From Trueperaceae bacterium (lineage in GTDB: Bacteria > Deinococcota > Deinococci > Deinococcales > Trueperaceae): DNA of 40,119 bases. The stretch spans positions 1-40,119 of the forward strand of contig DASSXV010000086.1 of NCBI GenBank assembly GCA_035703635.1. Direction: 5' to 3'. Under the pieces are notes generated by a model that saw nothing but the letters and a program-made list of their open reading frames with translations, did not search any database and was not told the origin of the DNA. Positions 26,668 through 34,434 of this stretch are shown here, piece by piece. Position numbers and translations under genes: made by a program. How positions within the stretch are numbered: position 1 is the stretch's first letter; each line of letters begins with the position of its first letter.

Positions 26668-28656
26668 ATGCGTACAGCAATTTCAGCAAATAGAACCGCC
26701 AGCAGCGTGCTGGCACTGTTTCAACCGAAGTATCTGAAGGGGATTGCCATAATGGCGGCAATCGGACTATTAGCCGCGTGCGGACAGGTCACTAGCGTCC
26801 CTGGCGGCGATGAAACTCAGATCGAACCAACGTGGTCGTGGAGTCCGGTCGGCTACGTCGACGACACCGTTGGGACGGCCGCCGTCGACGACGCCCTCAC
26901 GGTGCACGGCTCCGGAACGGACATCTGGGATGGCCGTGACGAGTTCTTCTACGTCTACACCAGCCTCGTCGGCGACGGCTCACTGTCGGTCAGGGTCAAG
27001 GACCTGCAGGCCGACAACCCGTGGGCGAAAGCTGGCGTCATGCTCCGTGAGAGCCTCGACCCAGACGCGCGCAACGTGCTCCTGCACATTTCCAGGGAGA
27101 ACGGTTCGGTACTGCAGATGCGCCCTGAGACTGGCGGAGCAACCATCAACGATGCGGGGCACGACACGACCATGGCCGTGGGCGGCTGGGTGCGCCTCAC
27201 CCGCACCGGCGACACCGTCCTTGGTGAACTATCTCGCGACGGGGAGAGCTGGACCGAACTCGGCAAGTACGACATCGCTTTGGGCGACAACGCCCTCATC
27301 GGCTTCGCGGTGACTGCGCACGACCGCGGCAAGGTAGCGACGGCCGAGTTCACCAACGTGAGGCGCAACTGGCGCGGCGTTCCAGGCGCTAGGCCGGTCG
27401 TCAAACCAGAGCCGCCAGTGACTCAGCCGACCCCACAGCCCCCGGTCACCGACCCGACCCCAGTGCCGCCCGTCCTCGGGGGCGCCGAGTACGACCTGCC
27501 GCCCGCTACCCTCTACGTGGCCACCAATGGCAACGACAGCAACTCGGGCCGCACCGCTAGCGCGCCGCTTAGAACCATGTCGAAGGCCACCTCCATGGTG
27601 CAGCCAGGTGACGTCGTTTACATTCGCGGAGGCGTCTACCCGATCAACGTCGCGTTCAGAACCCCCGGTACGGCGACCAAGCCCATCGTGTGGGCCTCTT
27701 ACCCGGGCGAGACGGCGATCTTCGACGGCGCAGACCAGAGCCGTGGTAGCAGCCAGCACCGCGTGTGGGTCGACGGCGTGTCCTACAACCACTTCGTGAA
27801 CTTCGAGGTTCGCAACAGCCCTCAGCAGGGCATATTCGTGCGCAACGCCAGCGATAACCTCTTCCACGGCCTCGTCGTCCATGGCAGCAACGGCAGCGGG
27901 ATCCAGAACTACAGCGGCAACCGCAACCGCTACGAGTACCTAGTCACCTACGACAACTTCGACACCGTCAACTCCAACGGCAAGATCGGTGAGGACGCCG
28001 ACGGCATCGGTATCTCAGCAGGTGACTCCAACGTCATCAGTCGCGTGATCAGCTACTACAACTCAGACGACGGCATAGACGCCTGGCGGTCCACGAACAC
28101 CATCATCGAGCACTCCGTGGCGTTCGATAACGGGCGCGGCGCCAACGGCAACGGCAACGGCTTCAAGCTAGGCGGCAACAGCGAAGATAACCGTACGGTC
28201 GCGCGCTTCAATATCGCGTTCTCCAACAAGGCCTCCGGCTTCAGCCAGAACACCGGCCGCAACATCACCGTCTACAACAACACCGCGTATGGCAACTCTG
28301 GCCCCAACTACGACGTTGGCTCGACCGTCACGGTGCGCAACAACCTGTCGATCGGCGGCCGCAACAACGTGTTGAGCAGCGCGATCAGCGGCAACAACTC
28401 GTGGGACTTGGGCATCACCGACGTACGCGTACTGAGCACCGACCGCAATAGCCCCGACTTCCTCTCATTGCGCGCAGACAGCCCCGGAATTGACAGGGGT
28501 AGCGACGTCGGGTTGCCGTACCTCGGCGCGGCCCCGGACCTGGGTGCGCTCGAGTACCAAACGACGATCGCCGACCTGCTCGACTCCGAGCGGCTCCCGA
28601 TCACCGAGATCGTCCGTGCGGCCATCGACTCGGCGACCTTGGCGCTAGGGCACTAG
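26668..28656 (+). CDS. Lipoprotein with a concanavalin/DUF1349-like domain, Pro-rich linker and right-handed beta-helix (PL9 lyase-like)
   Basis: Lipobox LLAAC; GSGTDIW.GRDEF and WAKAGVMLRESL; YVATNGNDSNSG; DADG, NSDDGIDAW and NGNGFKLGG (PL9 Ca-binding aspartates and catalytic Lys); APDLGALE. Confidence 0.8.
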   Translation: MRTAISANRTASSVLALFQPKYLKGIAIMAAIGLLAACGQVTSVPGGDETQIEPTWSWSPVGYVDDTVGTAAVDDALTVHGSGTDIWDGRDEFFYVYTSLVGDGSLSVRVKDLQADNPWAKAGVMLRESLDPDARNVLLHISRENGSVLQMRPETGGATINDAGHDTTMAVGGWVRLTRTGDTVLGELSRDGESWTELGKYDIALGDNALIGFAVTAHDRGKVATAEFTNVRRNWRGVPGARPVVKPEPPVTQPTPQPPVTDPTPVPPVLGGAEYDLPPATLYVATNGNDSNSGRTASAPLRTMSKATSMVQPGDVVYIRGGVYPINVAFRTPGTATKPIVWASYPGETAIFDGADQSRGSSQHRVWVDGVSYNHFVNFEVRNSPQQGIFVRNASDNLFHGLVVHGSNGSGIQNYSGNRNRYEYLVTYDNFDTVNSNGKIGEDADGIGISAGDSNVISRVISYYNSDDGIDAWRSTNTIIEHSVAFDNGRGANGNGNGFKLGGNSEDNRTVARFNIAFSNKASGFSQNTGRNITVYNNTAYGNSGPNYDVGSTVTVRNNLSIGGRNNVLSSAISGNNSWDLGITDVRVLSTDRNSPDFLSLRADSPGIDRGSDVGLPYLGAAPDLGALEYQTTIADLLDSERLPITEIVRAAIDSATLALGH

Positions 28657-28685
28657 CAGCACCGCAAGCTAGACGACCGGACTCC

Positions 28686-28723
28686 GCTTGGCCAGCAGCA
28701 CTCGAGGGTGCTGCTGGCCAAGC
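28686..28723 (+). terminator. Hairpin downstream of the PL9-like gene
   Basis: GCTTGGCCAGCAGCAC-tcgagg-GTGCTGCTGGCCAAGC forms a perfect 16-bp stem followed by CTTAT. Confidence 0.7.
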
Positions 28724-28736
28724 CTTATCCTTGGGA

Positions 28737-29894
28737 ATGGCCAGCGCACGACAGACTACTGACGCCAGTGCGTCACCCACTGGCGCGTATGCGCGCCCCG
28801 AGTTCGCCTTCCTCCTACCTTCCCTTAGGGGTGGCGGAGCCGAGCGCGTCGTGATGGACCTGGCGCGCCAAGCAGCGGACGAGGGGCACGCCGTCGACAT
28901 GGTGGTATTGAATCGCGCTGGCGCCGTGGTGGATGACCTCGGTCCGGGCGTGCGAATAGTGGAGCTGGGCAGGAGCCGCGCTGCCTTCGCGCTACCGGCC
29001 ATGATCGGCTACCTGCGTCACGCGCGCCCGCGAGCCATGCTGACCACGCTAGAACACACGAACGTCTTGGCAGTGATCGCTGCGCGCCTCGTGCCGGGCG
29101 CTGGCGCCGCCCCCCGTACGCGCGTCGTCGTGCGCGAGGCGAACACCGTCAGCGAGGACCTCGTCGGCTTGAAGGGCCGCGCAGTGCGGGCACTCATGCG
29201 CGTTGCTTACCGCTCCGCGGACGCGGTCGTGGCCGTGTCGCTTGGCGTGGCCCGGAGCCTAGAGGCCGAGCTGGGCCTCAACCCAGAGCGCGTGCGCGTG
29301 ATCCTCAACCCGGTGATCACGCCGCGCGTGCTGGCCGGCGCCAAGGAGCCGGTTGGGCACGCCTGGTTCGCGCCAGGCCAGCCGCCTGTCATCTTGGGCG
29401 TAGGGCGCCTCACGGAGCAGAAGGGCTTCGACACACTCGTTAAGGCGTTCGCCACGCTGCGCGCTTCTCGGCCGTGCCGACTCATCATTCTCGGGGAGGG
29501 TGAGTTGAGGCCGGAACTCGAGGCGCTAGCGCGTGATCTGGGGATCGAGGCAGACGTCGACTTGGCCGGCTTCGTCGGCAACCCGTTCCCATACATGGCG
29601 AACTGCGCTGTGTTCGTACTGTCGTCGCGCTGGGAGGGGTTGCCGAACGTGCTCATCCAAGCGATGGCCGTAGGTGCCAAGGTCGTGGCCAGCGATTGCC
29701 CGAGTGGCCCTGCCGAGGTCACCGACGGCGGCACACTAGCGCCGCTCGTGCCGGTGGACGACGTGGCGGCGTTGGCCGCAGCAATGAGCGCCACCCTCGA
29801 GCGGGAGGCCAGCGAGCTTCCCGAAGGGTGGCGCGAACGTTACGAGCTTGAGGCGATCACTGCCGCCTACCTAGACGTCATGCGGGGCGGCTAG
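28737..29894 (+). CDS. Glycosyltransferase family 4 (WabH-like)
   Basis: Motifs GGGAERV, VGRLTEQKGFDTL, GFVGNPFPY and SSRWEGLPNVLIQAMA.G..VVASDCPSGP. Confidence 0.9.
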   Translation: MASARQTTDASASPTGAYARPEFAFLLPSLRGGGAERVVMDLARQAADEGHAVDMVVLNRAGAVVDDLGPGVRIVELGRSRAAFALPAMIGYLRHARPRAMLTTLEHTNVLAVIAARLVPGAGAAPRTRVVVREANTVSEDLVGLKGRAVRALMRVAYRSADAVVAVSLGVARSLEAELGLNPERVRVILNPVITPRVLAGAKEPVGHAWFAPGQPPVILGVGRLTEQKGFDTLVKAFATLRASRPCRLIILGEGELRPELEALARDLGIEADVDLAGFVGNPFPYMANCAVFVLSSRWEGLPNVLIQAMAVGAKVVASDCPSGPAEVTDGGTLAPLVPVDDVAALAAAMSATLEREASELPEGWRERYELEAITAAYLDVMRGG

Positions 29895-29908
29895 TCCAGC
29901 CAACCCAG

Positions 29909-31831
29909 CTAGTAGCCGAGGATCTGCGCTAGTGGTATCCCGAGGAACGAGCCGATGGTCTGACCGACCGGGATTGCACCAAGGTCAGGTGCGGCGCCAG
30001 TGTAAGGCAGGCCGATGTCGCTGCCCCTGGCCTTCACCGAACTAGTGCTCGAGGGCGCCAGGAAGTTCGCTGAGTTGGGGTCGGTGCTCACGAACGATGG
30101 GTTGCCCACCCCGACGTTCCACGAGTTCGTCTGCTGCTGGTTGCTGCCGTCGTCTTCCCAGACGCGCTTGTTGTCGGCATACCCGAGGTTGTTGCGCAGC
30201 CTCCCTGAGCCAACGATGTAGCCGTAAACGCCGTTGTTGTAGGAAGTGTTCTGGTCGAGGGTGACGTTGCGGCCGGAGTTGTAGTTGAAGCCCTCGCTCT
30301 TGTTGCCGTACGCGATGCTGTAGCGGATGACGGTGTTGCCAGCCTGACTGCGGCCGCCGAGCTTGAAGCCGTTGCCGTCTCCGCCTTGGAAGCCGTTCTG
30401 GAAGCTAACGCAGCGCTCGATGACAGTGTTGACCGACAGCCAGGCGTCTATGCCGTCGTCGGAGTTGCGGTACGACACGCAGTGATCAAGTCGCAGGTCG
30501 CGGCCAGCGGAGAGGCCGATTCCGTCGGCGTTCCCGCCGCCACCGTCCGAGTTGTCGTGGGTGATGAAGTAGGAGAAGCGGTTCCTGTCTCCGGAGAGGT
30601 TCTGGATGCCGGAGAGGCCGTTGCCGTACGTACGCACGTGGGCGATGACGTTATCGCTTGCGTTCACTAGCTGAATGCCCTGGGCGCTGTTGTTGCGCAC
30701 GATGAAGTTGCGGAAGACATTGAAGCTGGCGCCCTCGAAACGGACGTTCTGGTAGGCGGCCTGCCCGGAACCGTCCAGCACGGCGCATTCACCTGGGTAC
30801 GACTCGAACACGATCGGCCTAGCGGCAGAGCCTGACCGTTGGAACGACACGTTAGAGGAGTAGGTTCCACCCCTCACCCACACGACGTCACCGGCGCTAA
30901 CCACATCTGCGGCCCGTTGGAGCGTGCGGAACGGCCGGTCGGTGCTGCGACCATCGTTACTATCGGAGCCACCGGTCGCAACGTAATAGGTTGGGGTGTA
31001 AGCGGGCGCTAGCGGCTCGGAACCACAGACCCACGTGCCGTTGAAGACAGCGGAGGAGTCTCCGGGCGGCGGCGGCGTCGGTGTTGGTGTCGGTGTCGGC
31101 GCCGGCGTCGGGCTAGGTGCGGGGTTGGTTGGCGGGACGGGCGTGCTCGGCGTTGCTTGTGTGCCAAGGACCAGGCGGGGGTTGGAGAAGTACGCCACGG
31201 CCACGTTGCCAGGCGAGTGGGCCGTTACGGCCAATCCAATCAGCGCGTCTTGACCCATGGGCAAGTTGTAGCGGCCAAGCTCGCTCCAGGCCACCCCGTC
31301 GCTCGAGAGCTCGCCGATGACCTCGCCACCCTTACGCGTCAATCGCATCCAACCACCAACGGGCATGCTCGGGTCGTTGCCAGCGCTATTGACGGTGGCG
31401 GCGCCGTCGCTTAGGCGCGCTTGGAAGACCGAGCCGTTCTGGCCGCTGATGTGGATGAGGGCGTTGCGGGCATCCGGTTCGAGGCTAGTGCGGATCATGA
31501 TGCCGGCCTTGCTCCACTCATGAGCAGCGGAGAAGTCGTGCAGCTTCACGCTTAGAGAACCGTTGCCTCTGATGGGGGTGTAGACGTAAAAGAACTCGTC
31601 GCGGTCGCCCCAAATATCAGTGCCGGAGCCGCTCACCTTCATCAGGCCACCAGGAGGAGTTGATGCGGTCTCGAGCTGAGCGACGGGGTCGTAGCCGATG
31701 GCCACGGTCGACCACTCGACCTCTGCCGGCGAACCAGGCAGTTCGGCCGCCACCTGCCCGCAGGCGGTGAGCAACGCAAACAGTATTGAAAGAGCCGTTA
31801 ACAACTCAACACGCGCAAGGGGGCGCCTCAC
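29909..31831 (-). CDS. Paralogous lipoprotein with a DUF1349-like domain, Pro-Thr linker and PL9-like beta-helix
   Basis: Lipobox LLTAC; GSGTDIWGDRDEFFYVYT; YYVATGGSDSNDG; NADG, NSDDGIDAW and GNGFKLGG. Colinear with the protein at 26668-28656. Confidence 0.8.
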   Translation of the reverse strand: MRRPLARVELLTALSILFALLTACGQVAAELPGSPAEVEWSTVAIGYDPVAQLETASTPPGGLMKVSGSGTDIWGDRDEFFYVYTPIRGNGSLSVKLHDFSAAHEWSKAGIMIRTSLEPDARNALIHISGQNGSVFQARLSDGAATVNSAGNDPSMPVGGWMRLTRKGGEVIGELSSDGVAWSELGRYNLPMGQDALIGLAVTAHSPGNVAVAYFSNPRLVLGTQATPSTPVPPTNPAPSPTPAPTPTPTPTPPPPGDSSAVFNGTWVCGSEPLAPAYTPTYYVATGGSDSNDGRSTDRPFRTLQRAADVVSAGDVVWVRGGTYSSNVSFQRSGSAARPIVFESYPGECAVLDGSGQAAYQNVRFEGASFNVFRNFIVRNNSAQGIQLVNASDNVIAHVRTYGNGLSGIQNLSGDRNRFSYFITHDNSDGGGGNADGIGLSAGRDLRLDHCVSYRNSDDGIDAWLSVNTVIERCVSFQNGFQGGDGNGFKLGGRSQAGNTVIRYSIAYGNKSEGFNYNSGRNVTLDQNTSYNNGVYGYIVGSGRLRNNLGYADNKRVWEDDGSNQQQTNSWNVGVGNPSFVSTDPNSANFLAPSSTSSVKARGSDIGLPYTGAAPDLGAIPVGQTIGSFLGIPLAQILGY

Positions 31832-32019
31832 AGCGGACCCGCGTACGATGGGAGCGTTCTACTGATGTTGATGACGGAGTCGGCATGACCGACCGCGAGC
31901 CTGAAGGAACGCATTCCCCCTCCATCTGTCGTTGCGTACGCTGACGTAGCAAGACTTTGATGAAGTTACCTTCATCTGATGTGAGGCGGGTTAGTAAGTT
32001 GGTCGATGTGACAATCCAG

Positions 32020-32054
32020 CGCGCTTCGCTCGGAACAGTTCCGAGCGAAGCGCG
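32020..32054. terminator. Perfect 35-nt palindrome downstream of the Ig/beta-helix gene
   Basis: CGCGCTTCGCTCGGAAC-A-GTTCCGAGCGAAGCGCG has 17-bp arms and a 1-nt spacer, 54 nt beyond the stop of 32109-34193(-). Confidence 0.55.
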
Positions 32055-32108
32055 TGGCGTTGGGGGAGAAGAAGGCATTACGTTGAGGTGCTTAGCTGAG
32101 CGTGGTGC

Positions 32109-34193
32109 TCACCACTTTAGCCCTTCTGAGGTCAAGCTGGCCGGGAAGGTGGTGCCGCCAAGCTGACCGAGGCTGGCCCCGCGTATGCCGTCATCGTTCT
32201 GGATAAGGTCCTGGGGCGTGTTGCCAGAGAGCGTCCCACCCGTACGGACCAGATGATTGATCTCACCAACGTAGTAGCGCTGCATGATGCCGCCGCCGTA
32301 CCCCGTCACGCCAGTTACGCCAGCCGCGTTGTTGGTAATGGCGACATTTGCGAGGTTGGTCATGGCGTTTACCCCGTGGAACAGGCCGCCACCTTGATCG
32401 GTGGCGAGGTTATTCGTCAGTGCACCGGTGGTGAAGGAGAGGTTGGCATAATTGGCGATGCCCCCACCGTAGCTATAGTCGGTTGGGTCTGAAATCACGA
32501 AGCCAGCCGCAAGGTGGTTTGCGACGTTTCCGTCCACGGTCACGCCGTTTAGGGTCATCGTGCCCATGTTGTGAATACCGCCTGACGACTGGCGGGCAAT
32601 GTTGTTCGAGACGTCGACATTAGTGAGGGTTGCGGTTCCCTCGTTGAACAGGCCGCCACCCGTACCGTTGATGCCCGGGAACTGCGCTGGATCGCCGGCG
32701 CTGCCGCGGATGTACCAATCGTGGTCGATCTCGACATCTAGCGTAGCAGCGGTGTTGCCCATGATGCTGCTGTCGATCATGGTCAAATTCGCGCCGGGCA
32801 AGTTGCGAATGGCGCCGCCGGACCCGAAGGCGCGGTTGTCCGTAATGCTGCTGCCACGCACGGTCAGAGTGCCAGCGTTATGAATGCCAGCGCCAGTGTA
32901 GATGAAGGTGCCGCCAGTGATCACGAGGTTCTCTAGAGTGGCCGTAACGCCAACTGGCACGTAGATGACGCGCGACTCGTATGTGAATTGGTCGCCAGGG
33001 TCGCCAGTTTGCCAGGCGGTCATGCCCTGCAAGGTCACCTGAGCACCAGCAGGACCGCTGATGGTCACGTCGTGGCGCAAGATCAAGTGGGAGTCGACGA
33101 CTCCGCCACCGACTGGGATGAGGTCAACACCGCGCACGTTGATGGAGGTTATGTCTGAAGCGAAGCCGATTATCGCGCCAGTCTGTGCGGAGGCAAGAAC
33201 GGAGCGGAGCGAGCCGGGAATGGAAGGTTCCGGCACCCAGCCGCGCAAGTCGTATGGGTCGTAATCCTGGTTGTTGACCACGACGTTATCGAGGGGATCG
33301 AGGTCCCGGCTGACAGTACCTTCGGCATTGGTAGCCTCCAGGCGGAAGGCCTGGTGCGTGCTGTCTGGTAGGGCAACCGTAGCGTCAGTTGAGCTACCGG
33401 GGTAACTGCCGATGACCTGCCTGTCAGTGTCATCATTGGGGTCGAAGCTGTACAGGTTGATGCTCGTTGCGTTAGTTACCGCCCAGCTGAGTTCAGCTTG
33501 GCTGCCAGCAACAACGGTGCCAGTGAAGAACGTGATGTTTGGCCCGGCACCGACTGGGACCACAGTGACTACGACGGAGGCAGTCATCGTGGGCAGGCCG
33601 ACAGTCGTGGCAGTGACGGTAGCAGTGCCGACAGACACGGCGGTTACGACCCCGGCGCCGGTGACGCTAGCAACGGCGTCGTTCGAGCTGCTCCACGTGA
33701 CCTCTTGGCTGGCACCACCTATCACGGTCACGTTAGCCGTGAGCGTGACAGTGCCACCAACTTCAAGGCTGGGATCCAGCTGATCGATCTCTACGCTGAT
33801 CACGGCTGGCCCGGCGCCCACCGGCACCACCGTGACCTCGACAGATGCCGTCCTCGTTGGCGAGCCAACGCTGGTAGCGGTGACGGTGGCGCTACCCTCG
33901 GCGACGGCGGTAACTAGCCCCGAACCCGTGACGGTGGCAACGGCCTCATCGGAACTCTCCCAGGTGACGGCCTTGCTCGCGCCGCCCAGGACGGTGACCT
34001 TGGTGGTGAGCGTGACTGTGCCGCCGACCTCCAAGGTCGGGTTGGCCTGCTCGATCTCGACCTTGACCACGCTTGGGGTGACGGTGGGGCCACCGCAGGC
34101 GGCCAGCCAGAAGGTGCCGACAACCAGCAGCAAACCTAACAGTGCGCTGCGTGGGCGCCGCCTAGAGAAGTGAGACTTAGTTGATTTACTCAT
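32109..34193 (-). CDS. Surface lipoprotein with two Big_2 domains, a further Ig-like domain and GG(G/A)I-repeat beta-helix (Pmp-like, adhesin-like)
   Basis: Lipobox WLAAC; two V.W.SS...VA.VTG.G.VTAV..G.ATVTAT repeats; PGSLRSVL; repeated GAGIHN, GGAIRN, GGGLFN, GGIHN and GGGIAN motifs. ATG at 34193. Confidence 0.8.
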   Translation of the reverse strand: MSKSTKSHFSRRRPRSALLGLLLVVGTFWLAACGGPTVTPSVVKVEIEQANPTLEVGGTVTLTTKVTVLGGASKAVTWESSDEAVATVTGSGLVTAVAEGSATVTATSVGSPTRTASVEVTVVPVGAGPAVISVEIDQLDPSLEVGGTVTLTANVTVIGGASQEVTWSSSNDAVASVTGAGVVTAVSVGTATVTATTVGLPTMTASVVVTVVPVGAGPNITFFTGTVVAGSQAELSWAVTNATSINLYSFDPNDDTDRQVIGSYPGSSTDATVALPDSTHQAFRLEATNAEGTVSRDLDPLDNVVVNNQDYDPYDLRGWVPEPSIPGSLRSVLASAQTGAIIGFASDITSINVRGVDLIPVGGGVVDSHLILRHDVTISGPAGAQVTLQGMTAWQTGDPGDQFTYESRVIYVPVGVTATLENLVITGGTFIYTGAGIHNAGTLTVRGSSITDNRAFGSGGAIRNLPGANLTMIDSSIMGNTAATLDVEIDHDWYIRGSAGDPAQFPGINGTGGGLFNEGTATLTNVDVSNNIARQSSGGIHNMGTMTLNGVTVDGNVANHLAAGFVISDPTDYSYGGGIANYANLSFTTGALTNNLATDQGGGLFHGVNAMTNLANVAITNNAAGVTGVTGYGGGIMQRYYVGEINHLVRTGGTLSGNTPQDLIQNDDGIRGASLGQLGGTTFPASLTSEGLKW

Positions 34194-34434
34194 TATTATC
34201 AATGCCGTCCAATCTAGCTAGGCGCTCGGCCTTTCATAGCGCGGCCGTGCGTCCTACGCCGGACTTACGTCACACCCACACTTGCCTTGTGGGCGCTCCG
34301 CGCACCAGGATGTGAGTGGCCGTGTGAACCCCCGTTGGGCCGCACGCTGCGGAGTATTCAGCTAGTCTACATTGCGGTTCGTTGGCACAAAGATGAGCTT
34401 GGCCAAGCGAACCTACAGGAAGTCAGGTACGAGC

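Noticed and set aside
20228-26670. Identical AGGTTCGGATG at the starts of 20230(-) and 26668(+)
   Set aside because: It is an 11-nt match that includes RBS-like and ATG bases, seen only twice, so chance is plausible.
31064-31140. Short GGTGTC/GGCGTC-like tandem repeats
   Set aside because: They encode the Pro-Thr linker of the lipoprotein and are neither a CRISPR array nor a contingency repeat.
31832-32108. Possible fourth c-di-GMP riboswitch upstream of the second PL9-like gene
   Set aside because: Only a partial CGCAACG is present on the minus strand; there is no TGGGC loop, pseudoknot partner or inner stem.
34194-34434. TGGGCGC-containing stretch in the adhesin/asnB divergent region
   Set aside because: It lacks the AGT...GCAACCG 3' element and the closing stems of the class II aptamer.
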